This document shows, one piece after another, positions 1 to 11,012 of a stretch of 64,000 bases of DNA. The notes beneath the pieces were generated by a model. That model was not told where the DNA came from. It was given only the letters and a program-made list of their open reading frames with translations, and searched no databases. Origin of the DNA: Eledone cirrhosa. Lineage: Eukaryota. How positions within the stretch are numbered: position 1 is the first letter of the stretch; each line of letters opens with the position of its first letter. The stretch is from the NCBI GenBank assembly GCA_964016885.1, contig OZ024742.1:301320001-301384000 (forward strand), given 5' to 3'. The translations under genes were made by a program, and so were the position numbers.

Positions 1-601
1 AACTTGAATATGTTTTGTTATTAAAGACTATCTAAGTGTGATGGAGTGGCCCTATTGCGAACAGCTTCTATGACTGTATTTTGTCAAGACACGGCAAAAG
101 AGAATAGCGAAACATTATCTTTAGTTTCACCTTTTTTATATCAAAATAACTGTGAGAATATTGTTAAGCCATCAGCCAATGAAACCAGTGAAAGACTGAG
201 TGACTAACATGACAATTATTACACGAGGGCCGCTGTGTTAGCTTCTTTCTAGTTTGTTGAGAATGCAGCAATCCATATGCATGAAAGCACAATAAAGGTT
301 ACTGAAAACTGCATTATAATACAAATATATCAGTTAGAGTGAATGTTATAGATGATGAGTTGATCAAAAGACTAATAGAAATGTACCATGTTATCACATG
401 TTGGGTGGATCTGACTATCAGCTGAGTCTATTGTGACGGTCAACCCATGGTCATCCTTTGGCAAGAAAAAGTGGTTAATTTTCCTCTACCTAGTAGCTAC
501 GGCAATGGTGAATGAGGTTTTATTATGGATAAGATTAAATTGGTTGAGGACATGGCATTGTATCTATGGTCAAACCCTCATCAATTTCTCTAAATAACAC
601 T

Positions 602-821
602 TTAAGCCTTTAGCATTTACATTACTCTATATTTACTATCATATTTTCATGGTAAATACTTTATTTCACATAATCATTTCACATAATATCAAATCTACAG
701 GATTTTGATGTTATTTATTTTGGGAACAATACCTTAACACAAGTATGAGCAGACTGCTATGGCCAGTTTGAACAGAATTAGATGAGGGGATTCTGGCCGG
801 TTTAAATGCTAAAGGGTTTAA
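602..821. mobile_element. piggyBac-type non-autonomous element (MITE), copy 1
   Basis: TTAA-(G)CCTTTAGCATTTA ... TAAATGCTAAAGGG-(T)TTAA terminal inverted repeats with TTAA target sites; homologous to 9276-9483. Confidence 0.7.
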
Positions 822-1235
822 GAAGATGAACATAGAGAAGTTAGCCCTGCCTTTGAGATTATTGAAAACGGCTAGATTAACTTACATTGGTTAAATAAGA
901 GGCAAGAAACTGGAAGAGAACACTTTTGAAGCTTTTGAGGTGGCAAAATGATCCATGCCTTTGTGGAACTTTCACCTAAAATACTCCAGATGGTTTTCCC
1001 CTTATTGAAAACCTTTCTATTTGACATTTTATCATCTATTGTTTTTGTTGATTTCACACTATTTTTACTCAATGTAACCTAAAATTCTATTGTTTTTCAT
1101 ATTTTTACTGTCCACGTTTTGATCTTTTGTTGTCAATAAAAGAAATTATTATTATTATTATCACTATTATTGAGTAATCTTATTTTCAATATTATTTTCA
1201 CTTTATGATTCAGCACAGCGCTGTGAGCCTTGGGT

Positions 1236-1962
1236 GTATGCAGTACTTTATTTTAGGTTTGTCTTTCTTTTGCTGGAATAACCAAGCACCCTCACATGCA
1301 TTACCTGATATATTGGTAAGGCAGGTCAATATACTCACAGCACTGTCACAGGTGATAGCAAGTCTAAGTCCCTAAAATAACCAAGCACTGTCACATGCAT
1401 TACCTGATACGTTGATGGGGCAGGTCAACATACTCGAAACACTGTCACAGGTGTTAGCGCGATTATGACGCTATCACCAGAGGTAATACAGAGAGCATGT
1501 TGGTTTATCTCAAAAGTTATTAGATGGAAAATCCAGCGTCCCTTGTAGTGGCATGTTAAGAAGAAGAAGAAGAAGAAGAAGAATAAGAAAATAGAAGTTT
1601 AAAACTATTTCTAATATTACAAATTACAAACACAAATACCATAGCCGTCAAAATTCAACACATACACAGGTATATCTCTATTACTTGATTACATAAATAT
1701 TTTACATGAAAATATACAATCAAAACATAAGAAAATATTATGTCAAAACTAAGTCTATTAATCGGCCACACACCACAAGGGGTGCCGGAGTCTACCTCTA
1801 ATTTTTTTTAAGCAATGTTCCCGAGGTGATAACGAGGCTAAGGCACTGGAACAACCAAGCACCTTCACAGTCATCGCCTGATAGCTTGGTATTTAATTAA
1901 AGCTATACACGATAGTTGGGGGAAAATATGCATCAGGCTATTCCAGCTAGACGCACTGTTGT
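1236..1962. repeat. Dispersed ~0.7-kb repeat, direct copy 1 (internal ~100-bp subrepeats, (GAA)n)
   Basis: Near-identical to 2867-3493, which lacks the ~1590-1690 segment; partial diverged copy at ~12395-12460. Confidence 0.85.
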
Positions 1963-1982
1963 GCAGTGTATATGTATATGTG

Positions 1983-2012
<30 letters not shown>

Positions 2013-2013
<1 letters not shown>

Positions 2014-2870
2014 GTGAAGTTGGAAAAAGCATGGAAAATATATTTTAGGGTCTGTTTTTCTTTTTTTTCCCCATTCTTTAGTTCGTCAAACTGACATTAT
2101 TGAAAAAATGAGAGGGACAATTCTTTTAAAAAAGAGTTTTATAATGTATATAAAGTATACAAAGTATTACCATTTTCGATGTATTATTAAATTCATCTTA
2201 TCAAACGTTGAGTATTACAATTAAAAAGAATTAATAGGAATTAAAAACTAAAAATTAAAAATAAAAGATTTAAAATTAAGTGTTGGAGTAAGTTTTTTTC
2301 CTATTTTCCTTGCTCAGAAGTGGACTGGGGAATGAATTCTTGTGTATATAGAGAGAAGTGTGTAGTCATGATAGTAGCATCAGTGTTGGTAGTTGTGTTT
2401 CTTCACAGAACAAAATTGCTTTTTTGGGACAAAGGAAATATTCTGTAAATATGTGTGTGTATATCTGATTGTGTTAACTGACTGGTCAAGAGTTCAAATG
2501 GGGGTGGGGAATTGTAAGCTAGAGACAAAAGAAATTCTATTATTGGAATATGGTTTTAGGGAGTGTGTATAGTGTGAGGGTGAATATATAACAATACACT
2601 TGTGGTGGGAAATTAAAAAATATTTTTTTTAAAATCAAAATAAAAAAAAAAAGAACAGAGTATCAGTAGTGGCCTCAAATAGGAACTTCTGGAATGAGTA
2701 ATTTTTTCTCTTTTATTTTGTGGTGTGTGTGGAAGGGATCTAATGGGGGGTGATTACATATTTAATTTTGGTTTAAATTTGTTAATAAATACTTTTTCTT
2801 TATTTATTCTTTGTTGTTGAGTGAAAGAATCAGAGCACTTGTAAAGGGGGAAGATTTTAAAGTTGGGTAT
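2013..2870 (-). mobile_element. Penelope-like element 3' fragment (GIY-YIG endonuclease C-terminus plus 3' UTR)
   Basis: Minus-strand translation IPNFKIFPLYKCSDSFTQQQRINKEKVFINKFKPKLN matches the typical PLE endonuclease tail (R..KE..FI.KF.P.LN); possible decayed hammerhead at ~2075-2105. Confidence 0.6.
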
Positions 2871-3493
2871 GCAGTACTTTATATTAGGTTTGTTTTCCTT
2901 TTGCTGGAATAACCAAGCACCCTCACATGCATTACCTGATATATTGGTAAGACAGGTCAATATACTCACAGCACTGTCACGGGTGATAGCAAGTCTAAGT
3001 CCCTAAAATAACCAAGCACTGTCACATGCATTACCTGATACGTTGATGGGGCAGGTCAACATACTCGAAACACTGTCACAGGTGTTAGCACGATTATGAC
3101 GCTATCACCAGAGGTAATACAGAGAGCATGTTGGTTTATCTCAAAAGTTATTAGATGGAAAATCCAGCGTCCCTTGTAGTGGCATGTTATGAAGAAGAAG
3201 AAGAAGAATAAGAATTAATTACATAAATATTTTACATGAAAATATAGAATCAAAACATAAGAAAATATTATGTCAAAACTAAGTCTATCAATTGGCCACA
3301 CACCACAAGGGGTGCCGGAGCCCCACTCTAATATTTGTTTAAGCAATGTTACCGAGGTGATAACGAGGCTAAGGCACTGGAACAACCAAGCACCTTCACA
3401 GTCATCGTTTGATAGCTTGGTATTTAATTAAAGCTATACACGATAGTTGGAGGAAAATATGCATCAGGCAATTCCGACTAGATTCACTGCTGT
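2867..3493. repeat. Dispersed ~0.63-kb repeat, direct copy 2
   Basis: Direct repeat of 1236-1962. Confidence 0.85.
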
Positions 3494-3719
3494 TATACTT
3501 AAACATTAAAGTTTAATGAGATAAACTTGTGTTTGTTTAATCAACGTATTAATCAATTTTATTGTTTTAGATTCTACTTTAAACATATCTTATATAAAAT
3601 TCCTAACATAGCTAAAAATGAGTACGTGTATTACTATACACATTTGGAGCCCTGAAAATGAATAATTAAAAAAAAAACGGTGCGCTATTATGGTAATGAA
3701 AAAGTTAGTAATTACTGAA

Positions 3720-3830
3720 GGGTCGTGTCACATACGAAAGATGGCGGAAATTAACGGAAAATAACGGAAATGATCGATCGATGTCACTTGTTGCCGAGCA
3801 ATATTTTTGTTTATGTAATGGCGGATACAT
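3720..3830 (+). promoter_or_regulatory. Candidate promoter patch (YY1-like, ETS-like and RFX X-box-like motifs)
   Basis: Locally CpG-rich; AAGATGGCGG at 3738-3747, repeated CGGAAA, GTTGCC-G-AGCAAT at 3790-3802. Confidence 0.35.
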
Positions 3831-4452
3831 GCTCAACATTCTCTCAATATTTGTCCAACTCACATTTAGTTTAATTAATTCGCTAACAATCGGATTACTT
3901 TTCATCTTATTATAAAGGCTGTGATTTTATTTTAAACCAAAAGGTATTTTCTTTTATTCTTTTATTATTTTACTTGTTCAATCACTAGACTGCGGCCATG
4001 CTAGAGCACTGACATGATTTAATTGATTATATCGACCCCCTATACTTATTCTTTCAATTCTCATATTTAGTTTATCGATCTCTTTTCTGTCGAACTGCTA
4101 GGTTACGGGATACAAACATGTAAACATAAACACAGTCGCATGCACACACACACACACATAGGGGTTCGAAACTGCCAAAGCCCGTCTCAACGACCGATGA
4201 CCCTAGAGTTCTGTCTTTCGTTTGTATTTTTTTTTAAAATAATTTTTTCGTTTTGCCTTGTTTTGTTCGTTGTCTTGTTAATTTTCCTAAGTTTATCATT
4301 ATTTATATATACATATATATATATATATAATGATAAACTTAGGAAAATTAACAAGACAATATATATATATGTAATATAGAATATGCTTCAATATATATAT
4401 ATATAAATGAAAATAAAGAAATTTATGTGAGCAAGAAGCCAACAGTAATTCA

Positions 4453-4453
4453 T

Positions 4454-4547
<94 letters not shown>

Positions 4548-4701
4548 TTGTTTTGAAACAGCGATCGAAGTTTGAAATTTAGTAGAAATAGAAGCTTTCG
4601 TCGTATTTTTTACTAAAGAAATTTTAGCCTCATAGTGGAGTTTAAAACCCTCTAAAAATGGAAAAGAATGATATTGACGCATGTGGGAGTCGACCCCCCC
4701 C

Positions 4702-4764
<63 letters not shown>
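4453..4764. repeat. (CA)n/(TA)n/(TG)n microsatellites
   Basis: Visible dinucleotide runs at 4453-4547 and 4704-4764. Confidence 0.95.
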
Positions 4765-4765
<1 letters not shown>

Positions 4766-5985
4766 GGTTTAGACAGAGAAATCATCGCTCACTGCCGGAA
4801 AACCCTCCTCTTCAACGACGTAATAGCCTGGGCAAAGAAGTATTCAACTTCAGACCTATTCGACGTCTCCATGGGATCGTTTGACAGTGCTGACCTATGT
4901 GACTTGGTTGGCCTATTTATTTTAAACATATTACGTGTTAGATGCCCGGACTTCCACACGGGAAAATACCGCCACGATAGACTGACCTTATCGAGTCATA
5001 AAAGTGGTCACGACCTCGACCGGTTTAAAAAAGACTTAACTTCTACCTTCAATGAGTTAGGACTTAGGATAACAGTAGCTACCAACCTCTCTAGCGTAGA
5101 TTTCTTAGACATTAATTTAGACCTTCGCACACACACCCACATACCCTTCCATAAGCTAAACGAAAAACTCAATTACATTCACAAGGACTCATACCACCCT
5201 CCCACTGTTTTTAGAAACTTCGTAAATAATATCAGTACTAGAATCTCAAACCTCTCCTCTAATAAGGCTATCTTTGACAGGGCGGCACCCTACTATAACA
5301 CGGCGTTAGCTAACAGCGGCTTCTCACAACCTATCACTTACTCTCCCACTATCAACAACAGCAATAAGAAAAGAAAGCACCACAATAGACAAACTATCTG
5401 GTTCTCTCCTCCCTTCTCACTCAACGTTAAAACCAATGTAGGCAAACAATTTCTAGCCCTCTTAGATAGACACTTTCCCATAGGTCATAAATACCGCTCC
5501 ATCTTTAACCGTCACAAAGTAAAACTAGGATACTCCTGAGCTAAGAACATGAAGGCCCACATCACCAGCAGCCCTAGGAGCAAAACCCACCAGGATGCTC
5601 TTGCTGTAAGCTCGAAGTTTGACCCCTTCAACAGCAATGCAACACACCAGCAGTAATTTATTAAGCTGTGGTCACTTCCAACCGACCAAACCAACCACAG
5701 GAGGTCAAATTTAGGTACCCGGACAGACGTTCATCCACGAAACTCGCGAGCCACGTATGGTCCCTCAAGAACTCAAGTATAGACTACTCCATTCAATGGA
5801 AAGCCATCACTAAGTCCAAGCCATACGCAAGGGGAAATCCGTCGTGTGGACTGTGTATTGACGAACGAATAAATTTTCTAAAGAGATTATGCAATAGTCA
5901 TTGCCTAAACACGAGAAATGGATTTTTCACACGTTGTCCACACGTCTCGAAACACCTATTGCATAATTTCAAGGCTCCGGATTGA
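4765..5985 (+). pseudogene. Disrupted PLE RT/endonuclease ORF
   Basis: TGA 5537-5539, frameshift/deletion ~5566-5586, TGA 5620-5622, TAA 5662-5664, and loss of the YIG segment near 5705. Confidence 0.8.
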
Positions 5986-6151
5986 ATGACTTATTGTAAC
6001 AACATCAATATTTTTTCTTATCAACTAAAAACTTTTCGGACTTTCGCAGTTATCTCCCTTACATCTCTCGCACGCATTTTAGTATTGCCTGTGTGAAGTG
6101 ACGGGTTTCTGCGCATGCGCGTTCGTACGGTTGTCCTTCCTGTTTCGTATA

Positions 6152-6209
6152 ACCATGCCCATTATGAGCTGAGGATCTGCTAAGGTGAAACAATTGTTCT
6201 CGGTATGGT
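6152..6209 (+). ncRNA. Type I hammerhead ribozyme motif
   Basis: CTGAGGA 6169-6175; GAAA 6187-6190; palindromic stem III ACAATTGT; GTT cleavage triplet 6196-6198; stem I GAG/CTC plus ACCATGCC/GGTATGGT across a 6-nt bulge; stem II weak (TCT/AGG). Confidence 0.75.
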
Positions 6210-6326
6210 GAACTAACTGTTGTGTAACCATTTCTACCTAACTCGTCCCATGGACTGAGTGCTCTGCCACTACGGATATTACCTTCCAGTGTTCTACCAC
6301 TATATATATATATATATAATAATAAT

Positions 6327-6511
6327 AATTGTTTCTACTTTAGGCACAAGGCCAGCAATTACCCAGTGCATTACTGGTACTTTATTTTATCGACCCCGTA
6401 AGGATGAAAGGCAAAGTCAACCTGGGCGGGATTTGAACTCAGATCGTAAATGGACGTAACTATGCTGGAAAGCATGGCGTCCGACCCTCTACCGATACTG
6501 CCAATCCACCG
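6327..6511 (-). mobile_element. tRNA-derived SINE (family A)
   Basis: Minus strand GGTGGATTGGCAGTATCGGTAGA (A box) ... GAGTTCAAATCC (B box) ... CTTTCATCCTTACGGGGTCGATAAAATAAAGTACC, (ATT)n tail; many copies in window. Confidence 0.85.
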
Positions 6512-6512
6512 A

Positions 6513-8384
6513 ATAATAACGAAATTATTGTGTAAAGTGCTCAGGTACACTACAACTCGTCAAAGGTGCATGTATAGTACATAGAATAATATACAAATGT
6601 CAGGGAAGTGAATAGTGTATGAGTCATGATATACATGTGTGTATGTGTATGGAGGAGGAACATTAGGTGTAGTGTTGGCGAATCTCGGGAAGCATGGAGG
6701 CCTTAAAGAATGCAGTGTCTCGACAGCTAACAACCGATGCAGGTAGTTTGTTCCATGCTTCAGCAACTCTGAGCGTCAAAAAATGTTTCTGAAAGTCATG
6801 GGAACTGTGCTGTTTTCTGACTTTGTGGGCATGTCCACGTGTGTTAGACACATGGAAATCAAAAAGGTACTCAGGGTTGTTGTTGGCAAGATGGTTAACA
6901 ATTTTGTGGGTGTTTACCAAGTCAGTTGCCAGGCGTCGGAGCTTCAATGTATCAATGCCCAGGGAAGCAAGGTGCTCAGAGTATGGTAGATGCCTGATGG
7001 AGGGTATTCACTTGGTTGCACGTCTCTGAACAGTTTCCAGGGGGTCAATGTTCTGTGCAAGATAGGGGTTCCAGACTGATGATGCAAATTCTAAGTGTGG
7101 CCGCACCATAGCCATGTACAGCCTTAAATAGATAGCTGGAGAGCGGCTGACAAAGGTCTTGCTGAGTGATGCTAAGACACCTTCGGCCCTCTTGACAATT
7201 TTAGAGACGTGCTTCGTCCAACGCAAATTGCTGCTGACCGTAATGCCCAGGTCATGTTCACAAGAAGACTTCTTGATATTAGTGCTGTGGAGGGAGTATG
7301 TGGACACTGGGTTTTTACTCCCAAAATGCATGGTGGTGCACTTGTCCACAGCTAGCTTGAGTTGCCAATCTGAGATCCATTGTTGCATTGTGTCTAGGTC
7401 AGACTGCAAGCAAGATCTATAGTGTTCAGGATCTGTCCTTTTTATCTCAAGGTACAGCTTGATGTCATCTGCGTACTTTAGTACTGTGGTATTCTTTAAG
7501 TTGGCATCTATGTCATTAATATATGCCACAAACAAAAGGGGGCCAAGAACAGATCCCTGTGGTACACCAGATGACATCTCATATGGTGAGGAATGCTGTC
7601 CCAGAACCGTGACTACCTCTCTTCGACTGAGAATGAAGGACTTCAACCAGTTAAAAAGATCACCCTTCACACCCATTGCAGAGAGTTTTGCCATAAGCCT
7701 TTTGTGTGGCACAGAATTGAAAGCTTTCGCAAACTAAAGGTAAACAACATCCACCCACGAGCTGCCATCAAGGATCCGGGTGATGTCTGCAAGAAACTCG
7801 ATAAGTTGATCACAGCAGCTTGAGTTGGGGATACATCCAAATTGCGAGGGCCGGATAAGACTGAGAGTTCCAGAAGTTCCAAAGTGTTTCTCTGACACAG
7901 GATTCCATCAGTTTGGCAATGCAACTAGTAAGACTGACTGGACGATAGTTCACAGGTGATGTGTGATCATCCTTTTTGAACAGAGGAATGACACTGGCAG
8001 TTTTCCATTGTTCTGGCGTAGCACCGTTGTTCAGACAGAATTGGAAGAAGCGTGATAACTGGTGTAGAAGGAAGTACCCACCACGTTTAAGAAGCAGGTA
8101 CGTAACACCATCAAGACCAGGAGAGGCATGGTTGCGTTTATTTTTTAGGTGACGTCGCAGCATTGCAGGTGTAAATTCCATGGTTGTAATAGAATCCGGT
8201 GTCATAGGTGGTGGAGACGGTACACTCTGGTCTTCAATAGTGAAAATGCCTGCATAGCATTCAGCAATGAGCTCTGCGCATTCCTTGGGGTTGTCAGTAA
8301 CCTGGCTTGTGTAGGGATTGTGAAGAGGACCAACTGGAGAGTGAGGTCTCTGCTTTGAGTGAACATACTTCCAGAACACCTTAC
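6513..8384 (-). mobile_element. 5'-truncated CR1-clade LINE (RT and C-terminus, frameshifted)
   Basis: ORF fragments with PGLDG, NYRPVSLTSCIAKLME, SGVPQGSVLGPLLF, KYADDIKLY, RPHLEFASSVWNPY, TRGH..K, RVAEAWNKLP. Confidence 0.9.
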
Positions 8385-8399
8385 TTATATATATATATA

Positions 8400-8566
8400 A
8401 ACGTCAGGTTTGTGCAGTTTCCGTCTACTAAATTCCACTGACAAGGCTGGTGTGTCTATCGCTATAGTAGAATACATTTGCCCAAGCTGGCAGGCACCGT
8501 GACTGGACTCTGACACAACTGGTTGTGAGGCTAACTCCTTAAACACACAGCCATGCCTGCGCCTGT
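8400..8566 (-). mobile_element. tRNA-derived SINE (family B)
   Basis: Minus strand AGGCGCAGGCATGGCTGTGTGTTTAAG...CTTGGGCAAATGTATTCTACTATAGC; tRNA-like head plus CORE-like segment. Confidence 0.7.
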
Positions 8567-8573
8567 ATTCATG

Positions 8574-8696
<123 letters not shown>

Positions 8697-9079
8697 TTAA
8701 TACATTAAGAGAAAGCTTTAAATGATACTTTGACCAACTCTATCTCACTCAACAAACATTAGGATATACCTAAGTATAATCCCATTTAAGTGTTTGGGGT
8801 GCTAACTATATAGTATTTCGTGGAAAGTTGGTTGTATTATTTTATGAGACATAATTAAATAAATCTCTCTTTCTATTATAGAGAGAGAGAGTAACCGTCC
8901 TGTCCAAAGAGAAGTCTTGTACTGTCAGTAACCTAACGCCACAGTTATTGGGATAAGCACCGGCCTGATGGCATTCCCGGCTCGAGACGGACTTTTATGT
9001 TACCTACACAACTAGAATTTTATAAACTGCTTTGTATTCAACATAAATATTATGCAGTTTTAACTATCCGACTTCATAA

Positions 9080-9215
9080 ACGTCTAACATGGTTGCTATA
9101 GAGGGCCAAAACATCAGTATATATATGGCTGTTAGCAAATTCAGTTGGAGTTGAAGTTCACAATCATTGGTTTCTCTGAACCCAAAATTGTCCCACTGTC
9201 TCTGTCCATTGGTAA
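9080..9215 (+). promoter_or_regulatory. Possible proximal promoter / non-coding first exon of EFCAB7
   Basis: Partial X-box GTTGCTATAGAGGG at 9092-9105; possible donor TTG|GTAATA at 9212; the coding ATG at 9832 follows an acceptor-like TTTAAG, suggesting an upstream UTR exon. Confidence 0.25.
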
Positions 9216-9275
9216 TATGCACCTGAGTCTACTTTGGTATTTCCGTTTTGTAAGAGATAATAAACTAAAAACACA

Positions 9276-9483
9276 TTAACCATTTAGCATTTATATTACT
9301 CTATATTTACTATTGCATTTTTGTGGTATAGGCTTTACCTCACATAATATCGAATCTATGAGATTTTGATATTATTTATTTTGAGAACAATATCCGTATG
9401 AGCAGCTGGTTACAGCCAGTTTTAACAGAAAGAGGTGTGAGAATTCTGGCCAGATACGGTCAGTTTAAATGCTAAAGCGTTAA
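9276..9483. mobile_element. piggyBac-type MITE, copy 2
   Basis: TTAA-CCATTTAGCATTTA ... TAAATGCTAAAGCG-TTAA; homologous to 602-821. Confidence 0.7.
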
Positions 9484-9831
9484 GATAAAAGATTTAAATA
9501 TATATATGGTGTACATAGTTTGTTTAAAAATCAATGTATGGTATAGACCCGTAACTCCTGAGAAGTCATAGGGACGCCATATTGACATACAGTGTTTCTA
9601 GGGCATTTTTTAAAACCTGGCAGAGCCCATCTCTCCAGGGCTGATTACAGCAGATTTCTTCCAGAGAAAGATAGAGAGAGTGAGAGAAAGAGATATAGAG
9701 GAAGAATCGACCCCAGTACTTGACTGGTACTTTTCTTATCAACCATAAATGGATAAGGGCAAAGTTGACCTCGGCATGATTTGAGAAATCAATATATTTC
9801 TGTAAAATAATGATATTTCTGTCTATTTAAG

Positions 9832-9967
9832 ATGTCTACACCTCAGAAAAGAACCTTGTATAACACACGTAAAGATGAGGAGTTGATTGTTGACTGCAGA
9901 GCTGCCTACCTTTCAGTCTTTAACACCATTAAAGATTCTATAAACAACTTGGATGATCTGCGTTTAG
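9832..9967 (+). CDS. EFCAB7: EF-hand calcium-binding domain protein 7, coding exon 1
   Basis: MSTPQKRTLYNTRKDEELIVDCRAAYLSVFNTIKDSINNLDDLRL; CRAAYL.VF matches the vertebrate EFCAB7 N-terminus (NCRAAYLTVF, from memory); donor G|GTAAGG, phase 1. Confidence 0.9.
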
Positions 9968-10005
9968 GTAAGGTTGAAATTCTTCTGTTATTTCATTTGG
10001 TTTAT

Positions 10006-10653
10006 CACCACCACCACTGCCATTATCATCATCCTCATCCTCATCCTCATCATCCTCATCCTCATCCTCATCATCATCATCCTCATCCTCATCCTCATCA
10101 TCCTCATCCTCATCCTCATCCTCATCCTCATCATCCTCATCCTCATCCTCATCCTCATCCTCATCATCATCATCCTCATCATCCTCATCCTCATCCTCAT
10201 CCTCATCATCATCATCCTCATCCTCATCATCCTTATCATCCTCATCATCCTCATCCTCATCCTCATCATCATCATCCTCATCCTCATCATCCTTATCATC
10301 CTCATCATCCTCATCCTCATCCTCATCATCATCATCCTCATCCTCATTATCATCCTCATCATCATCATCATCATCATCCTCATCCTCATCCTCATCATCC
10401 TCATCATCCTCATCATCCTTATCATCCTTATCATCCTCATCATCATCCTCATCCTCATCCTCATCCTCATCCTCATCATCCTCATCCTCATCCTTATCAT
10501 CCTCATCCTCATCCTTATCATCCTCATCCTCATCCTCATCATCATCATCCTCATCCTCATCATCATCCTCATCCTCATCATCATCCTCATCATCCTCATC
10601 ATCCTCATCCTCATCCTCATCCTCATTATCATTATCATCATCATCATCATCAT
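10006..10653 (+). repeat. Compound (CAT)n/(CCTCAT)n triplet repeat, ~640 bp
   Basis: Direct reading; adjoins a decayed minus-strand RTE/SINE-type 3' end at ~10654-10750. Confidence 0.95.
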
Positions 10654-11012
10654 TTTTTTACACCCTTTTTTTCTATGTTAGGATGGGTTGGATGAGACTA
10701 TTTTGGGGCAGTATTGTATGGTTGGGTGCCCTTCCTGATGCTAGCTCTGACTTGTCTTTCTCTCTTATGTACTCATCTTCACTCTTAGGAACTGTTGAGT
10801 CATGAGACTTTAGTTTATGCAGGACATATATAGGAAGCAAACACACAAATGAACATATGTACACATACATCACTCTCTTTGAAGCCACCTTCATGACCTG
10901 GCAAGCAGCATGTAGCTTGCCTTGCCCCCTTCTCATCTTTCACCCACACTCCATTACTACCTTTCCAGCCTAGCCAAAGACTCAACAAGCACCCTAGTTT
11001 TGTAATGAGGTA

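Larger units (their letters stand above)
4765..6300 (+). mobile_element. 5'-truncated, decayed Penelope-like retroelement, Naiad clade (RT C-half, linker, GIY-YIG remnant, 3' UTR with hammerhead)
   Basis: Motifs FDVSMGSFDSADLCDLVGLFIL, YRHD (from YRDD), VDFLDINLDL, HPP, TIWFSPPFSLNVKTNVG, IFNRHKVKLGYS, CSCCKLEV*PL, STKLASHVWSLK, CGLCIDE, RCPH; flanked by (TA)n on both sides. Confidence 0.85.

Noticed and set aside
1-1075. Coding-like stretch and ORF 872-1072
   Set aside because: Frames contain multiple stops and no motif I can identify; possibly an old decayed transposon split by the MITE, but unsupported.
4160-4225. Hammerhead at GGGGTTCGAAACTG...CCGATGACCCTAG
   Set aside because: Core words are present but cannot be folded into a complete motif; at most a truncated PLE-end remnant.
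5986-6300. Canonical SECIS element downstream of the Naiad ORF
   Set aside because: ATGA/GTGA candidates (5986, ~6093-6100, ~6208) lack the ~11-bp helix II, apical AA and matching GA quartet by eye; needs SECISearch on a family consensus.
9974-10681. Poly-Ile/Leu and poly-Met/Arg ORFs, and YI-repeat ORFs at 4299-4884 and 58863-59272
   Set aside because: Alternative-frame translations of microsatellites.
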